Positions 21,332 through 31,886 of a DNA stretch of 64,000 bases are shown here, piece by piece. Position numbers and translations under genes: made by a program. The DNA comes from a virus. Lineage: Duplodnaviria; Caudoviricetes. The stretch is taken from the IMG/VR virus record IMGVR_UViG_3300008262_000001. One strand, given 5' to 3'. The notes below the pieces were generated by a model that worked only from the letters and a program-made list of their open reading frames with translations, was not told where the DNA came from and did not search any database. Position 1 is the stretch's first letter; each line of letters opens with the position of its first letter.

Positions 21332-21769
21332 TTAAATTTTTAATTGTTTTATTTCTATTCCTGCTTCTTCAAAAAGTTTAAAAGAATCTGTAATTCTGTA
21401 CGTTTCAGAATAAACTATTCTTTTTATGCCTGCCTGTATAATAAGTTTTGCACAATCAAAACAAGGCGATAGTGTAACATAAAGTGTTGAGCCTTCTGCA
21501 CTATTCGTGCTTTTAGCAAGTTTAGTTATTGCATTTGCTTCAGCATGTAAAACCGTAGGTAAGGTTTTGTTGTCACAATCTTCACACTTATTTGGAAATC
21601 CTGAAGGTGTTCCATTATATCCATCTGAGATTATAGTTCGATTGTTGACTATGAGGCACCCGACTTGGTTTCTGGTGCAATGGGAATTCTCAGCCCAAAC
21701 ACCTGCCATACGTAAATACAATGAATCTATTTTATCCTGCTTGCTCTGTGGAAGGTGCTGATTGCTCAA
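21332..21769 (-). CDS. cd: dCMP deaminase
   Basis: C.RNQVG, GYNGTP, HAEANAI, SPCFDCAKLI. Confidence 0.92.
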   Translation of the reverse strand: MSNQHLPQSKQDKIDSLYLRMAGVWAENSHCTRNQVGCLIVNNRTIISDGYNGTPSGFPNKCEDCDNKTLPTVLHAEANAITKLAKSTNSAEGSTLYVTLSPCFDCAKLIIQAGIKRIVYSETYRITDSFKLFEEAGIEIKQLKI

Positions 21770-22004
21770 CTTGATCAGATTTTAATTGGGTTACCTCAAC
21801 TTTAAATCTTTCCACGATGTGAAATACGTCACGTAGACGAAAACTACCTAGAAGATTAAGGATCTCATTGACCTCATCTTCAGTGTAAGATGTTTTTTCC
21901 TCGTTTTTTAAAAAATCCAAACATTTCCCATAATTTGCATAGGAGTTTAAAAATTCTACCGATGCTTCTCTAAGTTCCTTAGTGATTTCGTAATTTGCTT
22001 TCAT
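21732..22004 (-). CDS. Hypothetical protein, first gene of the sigma/deaminase operon
   Basis: Start moved to MKANYE (22004), downstream of TATATTTG at 22030-22037. Confidence 0.6.
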   Translation of the reverse strand: MKANYEITKELREASVEFLNSYANYGKCLDFLKNEEKTSYTEDEVNEILNLLGSFRLRDVFHIVERFKVEVTQLKSDQVEQSAPSTEQAG

Positions 22005-22062
22005 TTTATTTATTAAGATTTGGTTATTACAAATATAAAAGATGTTTTTTGAAAAGTAAACA

Positions 22063-23865
22063 TCATTCAAACTTTTTTTGTGAGGATGTTACTAACAATG
22101 GTCCTGAAAGCGTATCATTTAATTGTGATAACAAATTAATCATAGCATCCATTTTCATTGCCATAGCTTCATTATTCTCAGTTCCTGAAGATTTAGTATT
22201 AGTGCTTTCTACTTGACTAGTGTTTCCTTGATCAGTCATTCCAAGTGAAGTAGTTTCGCTACTAGCAGTTGAGGCTTCAGTTATAGGTTTTTGTTCGGTT
22301 TCTGTTGAGGTTGTCTCTTTTGTCTCAGTTTCTTTCGATGGCTGAGAGATTGGAGTGCTCAATTTTTGTGTGTCCGTTTGTATTATACTTTTATTTTCAC
22401 TAAAAGTTTCAGCCTTTTTTGAAAGTTCCCCAGTAATTTTTTCTGCAGTCCCAGTATTGGAAGTAATTCCAGGTTTAACCTCTTCTAATTTTTCTTCCAA
22501 TTTACCAACTTGACTCTCAGCTGTGGAAGAAGCTGTAGAAGTTTCCTCTTTGGAGCTTTTTCCTCCAAAAATGCCCTCCATAAACTTTTTACCCCTATTT
22601 CCTGTTTCTGCTGTTTCCCCAGCAGATACCCCGAAAATAGATTTTAAAAATTCAGATCCTCTAGAACTCCCTTTAGCAGGTTGTTCTTGTGAGGCATTAC
22701 CTTCTATTCCCGTTTGAGTTTTTGTCCCAGCAGTTTCACCAGTTGCAGTGGCAGTTTCAGTTTTCGTTTCTGCTGTGGGGGTCTCGATTTTTTGCTCCTG
22801 GGTAACAGCTACACTTTCATTTGTGCCAGATGTAGCTTCCTTGTTTTCTGGTGTTGTCCCTTCAGTTGCACTTTGGATCTGTGTTGTTGATTGTTCTGCA
22901 ACTGAACCTACCTCTTTATTTTCAGCAGTTTCATTACCTGGGGTTGCAGATTCTATAGCACCAGTTTCTGTTGGAGTAGCTATGGTTTGCTCAGTCTGTA
23001 CTGTTTCTGCTATTGCAGGTGTAGTTGCCTCTCCAGCGGGGGATTTTTCTGGTTGAATTGCCGCCTCGATTTTTTGCTCTTGAGATTTAACTTCTGCTGT
23101 AGGCTCAGTCTTTTCTGGTTTCTTTTCTTCCTGTTTAATTCCCTCTATCCCAGTCTGCTTACTGTTGATTAGATTTTTTAAATTTTCATCATACCTTTCT
23201 GCCATTTTGGAAATGGACTCGTTCTTAATTCCTTCAGCTGATAAGATTTTAGCTAAAGCTGATATGATCGCGTTGTTTTTGAGTTCTGTTTCCTTTGGTA
23301 GTTTAGCACCTATTCCCAATCCCTCATTTAGCTGTCCAATTATTCTGGAAAAAGCACTTAGAAGTGTTTCAAATTTTAGACTTTCGTCCTTAGTTTTAGA
23401 ATTAAAATCTGAAGAAACTGTATCAAATTCCTCCATACTTTTAATTTCCTTAATCCCAATTTGTTCAGCTATTTGTGTAACTGTACCAGATTTTAGTGCC
23501 TTTGCATTACCTACTTTAGTTCCTGCTGCCTGTTTAGCCATTGGAACAATTTCTTTTCCATCAACTGCTTGACCTTCTTCTATCTTTTCTTGAATGTCTT
23601 TTTTATCCGAACTTGTACTTGCATAAGCATATTGATAGAAAGGATCATTCTTATCATAAGCAGGATCTAAAGCTTTCAATTCGTCATTGTAAACCTGATC
23701 ATAAAAAGATTTAGCCTGAGTAGTAGCCTTTTCTGCTGCCCTCATACTATCTCCTATTTCTGGAGTGACTGCACCGGTATTTCCTGATCGAATTTCTGCA
23801 TTTATTTTAGCACGATCAAAGGCTTCTCCCTCGGATTTAAAAATAGGTAAGTTTTCTTCAGCCAA
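22063..23865 (-). CDS. 600 aa T/E/S/K-rich protein downstream of gp26/gp51; possibly baseplate hub or tape-measure related
   Basis: Long low-complexity ORF; function inferred from position only. Confidence 0.4.
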   Translation of the reverse strand: MAEENLPIFKSEGEAFDRAKINAEIRSGNTGAVTPEIGDSMRAAEKATTQAKSFYDQVYNDELKALDPAYDKNDPFYQYAYASTSSDKKDIQEKIEEGQAVDGKEIVPMAKQAAGTKVGNAKALKSGTVTQIAEQIGIKEIKSMEEFDTVSSDFNSKTKDESLKFETLLSAFSRIIGQLNEGLGIGAKLPKETELKNNAIISALAKILSAEGIKNESISKMAERYDENLKNLINSKQTGIEGIKQEEKKPEKTEPTAEVKSQEQKIEAAIQPEKSPAGEATTPAIAETVQTEQTIATPTETGAIESATPGNETAENKEVGSVAEQSTTQIQSATEGTTPENKEATSGTNESVAVTQEQKIETPTAETKTETATATGETAGTKTQTGIEGNASQEQPAKGSSRGSEFLKSIFGVSAGETAETGNRGKKFMEGIFGGKSSKEETSTASSTAESQVGKLEEKLEEVKPGITSNTGTAEKITGELSKKAETFSENKSIIQTDTQKLSTPISQPSKETETKETTSTETEQKPITEASTASSETTSLGMTDQGNTSQVESTNTKSSGTENNEAMAMKMDAMINLLSQLNDTLSGPLLVTSSQKKFE

Positions 23866-23904
23866 GATGTTTCTTTTACATTATATACCCGATCTCACAG
23901 GTTT

Positions 23905-24099
23905 TCAGCTTTTTGGCTTACTAAAAGAGAATGCCTCAACCAAATCTCCTTGTGCATTCTTTTGATTTTGGTCTTCTATCTTTTTATTCAGCATGTCTAT
24001 ATACATCTGATATTCATAAAAAGGTAGATTTTCTAGAGTATCAATAGAAACCTTAAACTCTTCCCAAAGTCTGAATTTTATCTCAAAGTAATTGGTCAA
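23905..24099 (-). CDS. Baseplate hub assembly protein (T4 gp51-like)
   Basis: LTNYFEIKFRL...SIDTLENLPFYEYQMYIDML matches the gp51 pattern and overlaps the gp26 end. Start uncertain (TTG 24099). Confidence 0.65.
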   Translation of the reverse strand: MTNYFEIKFRLWEEFKVSIDTLENLPFYEYQMYIDMLNKKIEDQNQKNAQGDLVEAFSFSKPKS

Positions 24100-25123
24100 A
24101 GATATTTGAAATAACGAAAAGGGATCTGTATCCTCCGGGAAAGGATATTTCTGCTGTGACCTCCCCGCCACAGCTTTCACAGTTGGTATAAATTCTAGAC
24201 TTGGTGGCAAAATTGATTTTTTGACTTATTTGGTCAGCAATCGAAAATTGTAAAGGTGTCCATTCTAAAGAAGCTCTTTCGTATTGATCGTAAAGACGTT
24301 CGTCTAATGCTCTCCAATCTGGAATAATGAATGTTGCAATGTTTGCAAAACTTGGATCGAATTTCTTTCCTTTAGCTTTCTTTTCTGCTATAATTTTTCT
24401 ACAAATAGTGGTAACACCAACTGTAGGGATATACAAATTCATTTCTGGGCTTCCATCTTTTGGAATGAATTTAAAAGAGAAAGAATCTCCATCATATCTT
24501 TTTACAATCTCTTGATCAATTATAAAACTATCTAAAAGATTGGATTTAAGCTCTATTTGGTCTGGAACTTGACACTCTTGTTTTGTGCAATTTTTAGAAA
24601 CAGGTAAAAGAATTCTATTCTCTCCTTTTAGAAATGTTAAATCTCTTATTGACATTATTAGAAAGAATCTATCCTCGTACCAAAGATCATAATGGTCTAG
24701 AACACCGCCATTCCAGCGGATTCTCATACACTTCTTAATTATAGTATTTAATTTGTCATCTAAATCAATTCTATCGGAATCATCTACTGTTGAAAAATGT
24801 CTGATTTCAGAAACAGATGCTGATTTGATTGCGATTTCAAATCCTTCAGGATAGCCAAAACCTTTTGATGGTAATGTTTGTGGTGGAAGATTTTTCCACT
24901 CCGATTCCATTCCCAAAGGAACCCTGTTTACTTTTCCTAGATTATTACTAGGTGGATTTGTAACTGTTTCCCGAGCATTAGATTGTGGTTTTTCTGGAAT
25001 CCAATTTGGGATTTCAAAATTCTCAACATCTTGATCCTCATCATATTCAAACTTGGAATTCGATTCTTTTTTACTTAGCTCGTCAAGTAAATTTCTTTCT
25101 AAATTTTTGTCCATATGTTCCAT
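24083..25123 (-). CDS. Baseplate hub subunit (T4 gp26-like)
   Basis: LPSKG..Y, IKSASVSE, DRFFLIMSIRDLT, two CxxC-like pairs; follows the tail tube genes. Confidence 0.7.
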   Translation of the reverse strand: MEHMDKNLERNLLDELSKKESNSKFEYDEDQDVENFEIPNWIPEKPQSNARETVTNPPSNNLGKVNRVPLGMESEWKNLPPQTLPSKGFGYPEGFEIAIKSASVSEIRHFSTVDDSDRIDLDDKLNTIIKKCMRIRWNGGVLDHYDLWYEDRFFLIMSIRDLTFLKGENRILLPVSKNCTKQECQVPDQIELKSNLLDSFIIDQEIVKRYDGDSFSFKFIPKDGSPEMNLYIPTVGVTTICRKIIAEKKAKGKKFDPSFANIATFIIPDWRALDERLYDQYERASLEWTPLQFSIADQISQKINFATKSRIYTNCESCGGEVTAEISFPGGYRSLFVISNIFDQLL

Positions 25124-25130
25124 GAAGATT

Positions 25131-25346
25131 TTACTCCTTGGTTTCTTTTAGTTTCTTATTAAATGAGAAAAAAAAGTATAATCCAAAGAATAGCGCCGAA
25201 AGGAAGTAAAAAATTGCTACAGTATGCCAGTAGGAATTTGTCCATTTCATTATTGCAGCGAAAAGGATATCGAATCCAAATGGATTGAAGAAAGTTGCCA
25301 ATATCAAGCAAACTGAAGCTGTTCTTGTTTTTTGTTTCAGGGTCAC
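25131..25346 (-). CDS. Small two-TM membrane protein
   Basis: 71 aa with two hydrophobic segments and a basic C-terminus. Confidence 0.55.
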   Translation of the reverse strand: MTLKQKTRTASVCLILATFFNPFGFDILFAAIMKWTNSYWHTVAIFYFLSALFFGLYFFFSFNKKLKETKE

Positions 25347-25398
25347 AACTGTCGTCCATGTAATTTGGTATCTGACATTTTATTCCTGGTTCGACCAC

Positions 25399-25430
25399 AA
25401 AATAAAATGGAGACTTTGTAGAGTCTCCAT
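25399..25430 (-). terminator. Terminator after the tail tube genes
   Basis: ATGGAGAC/GTCTCCAT followed by TTTATTTT. Confidence 0.6.
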
Positions 25431-25453
25431 CTATATATTTAACCTTTAAAATT

Positions 25454-26032
25454 TTAGTTAAAAAGATCCTCGAAGTAATCAGCTCTAAAGGAAAGTGCCA
25501 CTTTGTAAGGGGTAGTTCCGTTAGTGTAATCAAGGTCGAGCGATTTGATCTGGTCAACAGGGAAACAGTTTACGAGCTTAACTCTTCTGAAAACATCACC
25601 TTGCTTATTAAATATAGAAATAAGAATATAAGTGTCTCCAGCATAAACAGACTTAATACCAGTTGCACCTGTTAATGGGTTGTAAACTAGGTCAGACCAT
25701 TGTCTTAAAGTCTTGAAAACATAATTGCTATTATTGTCATCAAGGTTTGTTTCAAAATCAATTCTGACTTTTACACCAGTATCATCTACTGCTCCAGCAG
25801 CATATCTTCTTCTTGAAAACTTATATCTTTGTTCAGCAACTCCTGGGTTCTTATCAACTGCAAGACCAGAAATTGAAAGCACGTTCTCAACAAGTAATGT
25901 TCTTCCTCCGTTTCCTAAAGGATTAGAAACACCTACTGGTGGCTGTATTATAACCTCAAACTGGTTTAAGTAAACTGGTTCATAAAGTTGTACAGCTGCT
26001 TTAGATGAACTGAAATGTGGTAATCCTGCCAT
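25454..26032 (-). CDS. gp19: Tail tube protein, paralogue B (T4 gp19-like)
   Basis: EPVYLNQFEV, LRQWSDLVYNP.TG, LVNCFP, YKVALSFRADYF; near the sheath gene. Confidence 0.8.
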   Translation of the reverse strand: MAGLPHFSSSKAAVQLYEPVYLNQFEVIIQPPVGVSNPLGNGGRTLLVENVLSISGLAVDKNPGVAEQRYKFSRRRYAAGAVDDTGVKVRIDFETNLDDNNSNYVFKTLRQWSDLVYNPLTGATGIKSVYAGDTYILISIFNKQGDVFRRVKLVNCFPVDQIKSLDLDYTNGTTPYKVALSFRADYFEDLFN

Positions 26033-26042
26033 TTTCTTCTAA

Positions 26043-26615
26043 TTATATAAATGTATCTTCGAAATAATCTACTGCCCATGTCACGTTGATCTTATAAATA
26101 CCTGTTTGGGTATAGTTAAGAGCCATTTCGTTAATTGGTGTAATAGGGAAGCAATCTTTCAAATTAATTCTTCTGAACACGTCACCAGCTTTATTGAAAA
26201 CACTGATTAAAATGTTACCTGAATAATTTGTCTTAAGTCCCATAGCACCAGTTATAGGATTGTAAACTAAATCTGACCACTGGCGAAGTATCTTGAACAC
26301 ATACATAGAATTATTGTCATCAAGGTTAATCTCGAATTCAATATCTACGTCTAAACCAGTTCTTTGAGGAGCTGCTCCAGAATAATATCTCTTTGCAAAT
26401 TTGAATTGCTGAGTTATTTCTCCTGGGTTCTGATCTACCTGTAAACCAGATACTCTTGTAACTTGCTCTAATAAAATATTTCCACTTCCTGGATTTCCTT
26501 GTGGAGCAGCTACACCAGTTGGAGGAGATATTAATACCTCAAACTGGTTCAGGAAAACTGGTTCGTATTTGTTAATAGAAGCCTTCGAACTGGTATAATG
26601 TGGTAAACCTGCCAT
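26043..26615 (-). CDS. gp19: Tail tube protein, paralogue A (T4 gp19-like)
   Basis: EPVFLNQFEV, LRQWSDLVYNP.TG, LKDCFP, INVTWAVDYF. Confidence 0.8.
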   Translation of the reverse strand: MAGLPHYTSSKASINKYEPVFLNQFEVLISPPTGVAAPQGNPGSGNILLEQVTRVSGLQVDQNPGEITQQFKFAKRYYSGAAPQRTGLDVDIEFEINLDDNNSMYVFKILRQWSDLVYNPITGAMGLKTNYSGNILISVFNKAGDVFRRINLKDCFPITPINEMALNYTQTGIYKINVTWAVDYFEDTFI

Positions 26616-26790
26616 TGTCTTTTGAATTATATATTTGTCTAACTATTTCAGCATAAAATTTAAATGTAAAATAGCGGAGTTGATCAAATTAATTAACTAT
26701 CTTAGTATATATCAGTATTCAGTTTTTTTTTTAATAGAAACAACTATATATTGGGCTTGATATATAAGGTTAAACCTACAAGGGATATAC

Positions 26791-28383
26791 ATGGAACCAG
26801 ATTTATTTTCAGAATACACAGCTATAAAAAAAGGGACAAAAAAAGCAAACGCTTTTTCTAAATTGATTAAAAACAATGAGGAACTAAAAAAAGAACTGTA
26901 TTCCAAATCCCTTGACATATCAGAGCTTTATTCTAATCCGAGTGAAGTACAAAGATTGAAATTTGTATTTGAGGACAAAAAAATCAAATTTTGTGAATGT
27001 GGTAAACCAAGATCTTGGAGAAACTTCAAAAAGGGCTATAATAAGACATGCGGGGATAAAGAATGCGTTTCAAGGGAAAACAATAGGTCAGTTAAAGAAT
27101 TTTACCAAAATAAATACGGAGTAGACCATTTGTTTCAAACTGAAACATTTAAGACAAAATTAAAGGATACTTTCATATCAAAGTTTGGAGTTGATAACCC
27201 TGGAAAGAACGAGGAGGTAAAAAATAAGATCAAAAAAACAAATTTGGAAAAATTTGGAGAAACAAGCTGGTTAAAAGTAGAAGAAAATAAAAAAAGAATC
27301 TCTGAAAGTATTATAGAAAATAATTCTAAAGATAGAATCTCTAAAATTGAAAAATTTAATATACCAATAGAAATAAAAGATTTTAACACTAAAGAAGTTA
27401 AAATACAATGTAATATTTGCAGCAATTCTTCAGTCTCATCAACTTCATACTTTAATAAGAAAATATCAGCTGGACAAAATCCGTGCTTAAAATGCAGTCC
27501 CCCTCTTTATTCTGAATCTAGAGCAGAAAATGAACTTAGTGAGTACCTCAAAGAAATATACGCTTTGGAAATAATAACTCACGATAGAAAAATATGCGAA
27601 GGTAAGGAAATTGATTTCTTTTTACCTGAATTAAATGTAGGTTTTGAATTCCATGGGATCTGGTGGCATAGTGAGATCTTTAAGGGGAAAAATGGAAATC
27701 TTAATAAGAAAAATATTATTGAGAATAAGGGGATAAAAATTTACCACATTTGGGAGGACAATTGGCTCCTAAAAAAAGAAATCATAAAAAGCAGAATCTT
27801 GAATGCTTTAGGTCTTTGTAAAAAAATATATGCAAGAAAATGTAATATCCTAAAAATTACTGCCAGAGAAGAAAAGGATTTTCTTGATACTAATCACATA
27901 CAAGGATATGTTCCATCACGAATCAAGCTGGGACTTTATTATGATTCAGAATTAGTCTCAATTATGACTTTTGGGGCAAAAAGGAAATCTTTGGGTCAAA
28001 GATCAAAAGAGGGAGAATATGAGTTATTAAGATTCTGTAATAAATTAGGAACGACCGTAGTAGGAGGTGCATCTAAACTTTTCAATAAATTTATCAAAGA
28101 ATTTGATCCGGATCTAGTTATTTCTTATCAAGACAATTCTTGGTATACTGGAAATCTCTACCAAAATATAGGATTTGATTTTATATCTAAAAGCAAGCCT
28201 AATTACTATTGGTGTAAGAGTAATATTAGATACCATAGATTCAATTTCAGAAAAGATAAATTAATTAAAGACGGTTTCGATAGAACTAAAACTGAGGATA
28301 TTATTATGACTGAGAGAGGTTATTATAAATTATGGGATTTTGGTAATTTGAAATGGGAATACAAAAAAAAAGGCTTAGATTAA
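26791..28383 (+). mobile_element. Free-standing homing endonuclease (Hef-like): Zn finger, K(Y/F)G repeats, Vsr/DUF559-type nuclease, GNAT-like C-terminus
   Basis: CECG...TCGDKEC, repeated K(Y/F)G units, EIDFFLPELNVGFEFHGIWWHS, YELLRFC..GASKLF. Sits antisense between sheath and tube with its own promoter and terminator. Confidence 0.7.
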
Positions 28384-28396
28384 TCTAAGCCTTTTT
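28367..28396. terminator. Bidirectional terminator between the endonuclease and the sheath
   Basis: AAAAGGCTTAGAT/ATCTAAGCCTTTT inverted repeat with A and T runs on both sides. Confidence 0.8.
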
Positions 28397-28412
28397 CTTC
28401 TAATTTATATTT

Positions 28413-31400
28413 TTAAGAAAATTGGATAAATCCTCCAGAAGCAATGCCTCCAGTTCTTGTTACCGTTAATCTGTTAATAAATTTGTGGATTCCCCTTGCA
28501 GGTTCGATTATAACATCTATAATACCTAGATTCTGATCTATGATTGCTGGTGTGTTATTAGAAGAATCCATAATGCTCAAGTAGTTATAAATACCACCTA
28601 CAGATCTTACACCTGTTAAGTAATTATCTACCAATGTTTTAATTTCAAGTCTTACTGAGTCTTCGTTGAAATCAAATACATAATTTGAAAGAATCTCTTC
28701 AATAGCGCTTTCAATAGTGATCAGAAGATCTCTAACATGGAGGTTATTGAATGCTGAGTTAGTTCTTTGATAGCTTGTTTGGTTACCGTAGATAACTACT
28801 CCAATTCCTCTCTTACGGATGATTGGGTTGATACCAAATGGTTCCAAATATTCTCTATCTTCTAAATCGAAATCATATTCAAGACCAACTAAATTACCTG
28901 CTGAGATAATACCTCTTTTAACACCTGCTACTATTGAATAAGGTTCACCTGTGATAAACTTACGTATGAAGTTGTTTGACACGTAAGCAGCTGGTGGAAC
29001 ATTCAAATTCTTGCCGTTTTCTCTAATTGTCAAGAAAGGAGCAAAGAAACCAGAGAATTTAGCTCCTAAGTCTTCATCAGGTAAAGAGAATGTGAATGAA
29101 GGATTCAAACTCAAATTACCACCATCTGCAATGTATCTTGCTTGAAGAATTGGTGCTGGATCAGTTGACGTTGGTGCAGAAGTAAATCTAGGATCTATAG
29201 AATCAGAGAATTTCTGCATAGAAGGTGCGTTGCATATTGCCATACACTTCTGTCTGTTCTTAGCCAATCTAGTAAGTTGGTATTTACAGTTTGGTTGAAT
29301 ACCTCCATCAAAAGTATCCACAATGTATCTGAATGTAATAACATCAGTATCAGCTAGTGTTCTAGCCAAATTTGTGTCTGTCATCACATCAAGAATTGCG
29401 TTCATTCTTGTATCTGTTCCGTTAGGTACAGAAGCAGCTTTTATTGCAGCACCTGGGAGATAAGTGAAGTTAAACGTCTTAACAAATTCCTGTATGTTCT
29501 TGAATTTCCAAACTCTTGTTGTTGCACCTGGGTACAATTGGATAGGTCTTTCTGTTTTTACTTGTATCGTATAAACTCCAGGCGACGCTGCTGAAGATAC
29601 GGATTTAACTTCAAGAACTCTTGTTAATCTTGACTGAAGGTTTTCAGTTAATGGATTATCGTAAGTTTGAGTGTCAGTAGATACCAATAGATCTCCAACT
29701 TTAATTCCTGACGCTTCAGCTTCAGCTTCAGTAAGTTCAACAACATTCGGAGCTAACTGAGTGATAATGTCAACATAATCGCTGACGTTACCAGCAGTAG
29801 AAACGATGTTGAAAGCTTCACCTGTAGTAAGATTAGTTCCTACTGGCAATGAGCTGATATATGAAGTATCCCAAGTAGCAATAGCTTCAGGAGTGTCGAA
29901 AGTATCGTCTGTAAACGCTCTCACAACCAATACGTTGAATCCATCTCTATCAACATTTGTTTCGAATTTCAAATATTGTAAAAGAGTTCCAGTATCGTCT
30001 TGCCAAACAACGTCTCCATCTCCAATATTTCCTTTTACCCAATCCTGATAAGCTACAGAATTTTCGTAAGCCAAATAGCTATCATCTCCGATTGGAATAT
30101 CAGGCGAGAAGTAAACATCATCATTATCAAAGTAATCTGGACTTCCTATTTGATAAGCATCTGCTGAGTTTTTATTCGTTTCGTACCAAGGTTGAACATA
30201 AGTTGTACCTACTGTTGCACCAATTAATGGGTGAGTAAGTTTCATTCTAACCTGGGTTTGAACACCAGCTGCTAAAGTTGAATTTGTAATTGTCTCGGAT
30301 GAGATAACCTTCAATTTAACAAGATCTCCTACATAAAATCCTAAATAACCAGGGGTAGGAAGTGAACTAGTAACTTTACCAAGGACCCATTTAGCTGCAG
30401 GAGATGTAGTTGTAATATCTAAGAATTCCTGTACAGCTGTAATTTGGTCGTCGTGATATGTTGGATTAGTAAACTTGGTATCGAATAAAATTTTACTTCC
30501 AGAAATTGTCCAAGCATTATTCATATCTGTGTACAAGATACCAGGTCCAGTGTTGCTGAACAAAGTTGAATCCTCAACCAATGTTCCTGTTTCAGGAAGT
30601 TCATCAAATCCAGTTCCTGGTGAAACTCCTGTGTCAGTTATAGCTGTACCTCCAGTAGCTCCATCTACATTTCTATAATAAGTAAAATCTGCAAAGAGAT
30701 TTTGGCTATAAGAAAGGAAGTTCAAATTCTTTGGAACTGAAGTGATATCAGCATCAGCACCAATTTCATCAACCAAGTGGTGACCAACTAAGTCAATTAC
30801 TGAAGAATTATTCTCTAAATCGTCTAAAGCCTCTTCATTAACTGCACAGAAAATTCCAGTTTGTTGAGTTTGATTATTAATCAATGTCTGAACATATCTT
30901 AGAGTTCCGTTTTGGTCAGTGAAGTTAGGAATGAGTGTTCCAGTAACAGTTAAAACAATGTTTACTCCATCTATAGAAAGGAAATCATCGATTTTAGATT
31001 TAATGAATCCTTTAGATGTAAAGTAAGCACTATATACTGGATCGTTTGCCAAAGCCTGGTAATCTGTCCAGTTTCCACTAACTGCAATAACATCTACAAA
31101 CCAATCTGACAAATAATCATATTGGTTCATATAAGAAGGCACGTTGTCTGGACCAAAATATTCTCTTGCAGTTATATCAAACCCTTTTAATGGGAATCTA
31201 GAATCAAGGGATTTTCTAACGATGATTGATACTGGGCTCTGACCAAGGTTTACTAAGCTGAATAGCTTTCTAGAATCAGGCTGTGAGCTAGAAGTGTCTT
31301 CAGTGGCCAATAAATACTCAGTGTCTGGGAACCAGAACTTTTCTTTGTTATAGTAAGAAGAAACTAATTTATCTTGCTTAGTCAAAGGATCTGAATAACC

Positions 31401-31808
31401 ACCTGTTGCATTGTTACCATTTTGTTCCTCTGTGTCAACAGAGAAAGCTCTATATCTTGCAACATCTGCTCCTTCAGCGAAATCTGGATCGCCATTAACA
31501 TCTACACTGTTGTTAAGTATTCTTAGATTAAGAGCGAAAACAGGACCAGACTGAAGGCAGGTTAAAACTGATCTATGGAAGAAAGATCCCTTTTTCTCTA
31601 ATGCTTTATCAATTCCTCCAAAAACTGCCTGGAAAGTAGTGATGTCTGGACAATACACAGGAGTGTTAAAAGGTCCGACATTAGAATAACCAACTACCAA
31701 TCGGATTGTTGATGGGTTGATTATAATGTTTTCCGAAGCATCGAATTCTAATGTGTAAACACCAGAAGCTTTGAATAATGATAAATCAAGTTTAACTTGT
31801 TTGGCCAT
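28413..31808 (-). CDS. gp18: Tail sheath protein (T4 gp18-like), 1131 aa with a large insertion
   Basis: N-terminal ASGVYTLEFD; C-terminal VPPAAYV, AGVKRG, REYLEPFGINPI, GNQT, LHVRDLLITIE, IIDVIIEPARGI. Confidence 0.92.
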   Translation of the reverse strand: MAKQVKLDLSLFKASGVYTLEFDASENIIINPSTIRLVVGYSNVGPFNTPVYCPDITTFQAVFGGIDKALEKKGSFFHRSVLTCLQSGPVFALNLRILNNSVDVNGDPDFAEGADVARYRAFSVDTEEQNGNNATGGYSDPLTKQDKLVSSYYNKEKFWFPDTEYLLATEDTSSSQPDSRKLFSLVNLGQSPVSIIVRKSLDSRFPLKGFDITAREYFGPDNVPSYMNQYDYLSDWFVDVIAVSGNWTDYQALANDPVYSAYFTSKGFIKSKIDDFLSIDGVNIVLTVTGTLIPNFTDQNGTLRYVQTLINNQTQQTGIFCAVNEEALDDLENNSSVIDLVGHHLVDEIGADADITSVPKNLNFLSYSQNLFADFTYYRNVDGATGGTAITDTGVSPGTGFDELPETGTLVEDSTLFSNTGPGILYTDMNNAWTISGSKILFDTKFTNPTYHDDQITAVQEFLDITTTSPAAKWVLGKVTSSLPTPGYLGFYVGDLVKLKVISSETITNSTLAAGVQTQVRMKLTHPLIGATVGTTYVQPWYETNKNSADAYQIGSPDYFDNDDVYFSPDIPIGDDSYLAYENSVAYQDWVKGNIGDGDVVWQDDTGTLLQYLKFETNVDRDGFNVLVVRAFTDDTFDTPEAIATWDTSYISSLPVGTNLTTGEAFNIVSTAGNVSDYVDIITQLAPNVVELTEAEAEASGIKVGDLLVSTDTQTYDNPLTENLQSRLTRVLEVKSVSSAASPGVYTIQVKTERPIQLYPGATTRVWKFKNIQEFVKTFNFTYLPGAAIKAASVPNGTDTRMNAILDVMTDTNLARTLADTDVITFRYIVDTFDGGIQPNCKYQLTRLAKNRQKCMAICNAPSMQKFSDSIDPRFTSAPTSTDPAPILQARYIADGGNLSLNPSFTFSLPDEDLGAKFSGFFAPFLTIRENGKNLNVPPAAYVSNNFIRKFITGEPYSIVAGVKRGIISAGNLVGLEYDFDLEDREYLEPFGINPIIRKRGIGVVIYGNQTSYQRTNSAFNNLHVRDLLITIESAIEEILSNYVFDFNEDSVRLEIKTLVDNYLTGVRSVGGIYNYLSIMDSSNNTPAIIDQNLGIIDVIIEPARGIHKFINRLTVTRTGGIASGGFIQFS

Positions 31809-31826
31809 CTTTAAATATTATTTTTG

Positions 31827-31834
31827 TATATATC
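31827..31834 (-). promoter_or_regulatory. Late promoter motif GATATATA upstream of the tail sheath (representative of about 20 copies)
   Basis: RATATATA also at 2937, 11807, 14760, 18855, 25432, 26628, 26706, 31870, 36708, 38287, 48762, 59045 (minus) and 26759, 36706, 45726, 50752, 52621, 55355, 56863, 62541 (plus). Confidence 0.75.
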
Positions 31835-31886
31835 GAAGAAGTTCATCCGTTAGGACTTCTTTTTCTATCTATATATCATTCTCCAG

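Noticed and set aside
23905-24210. 101-aa version of the gp51-like ORF
   Set aside because: The first ~37 codons overlap gp26 out of frame; similarity to gp51 begins at LTNYF.
25159-25557. 132-aa minus-strand ORF overlapping the tube gene and the small membrane gene
   Set aside because: It overlaps two better-supported genes in other frames and spans a terminator.
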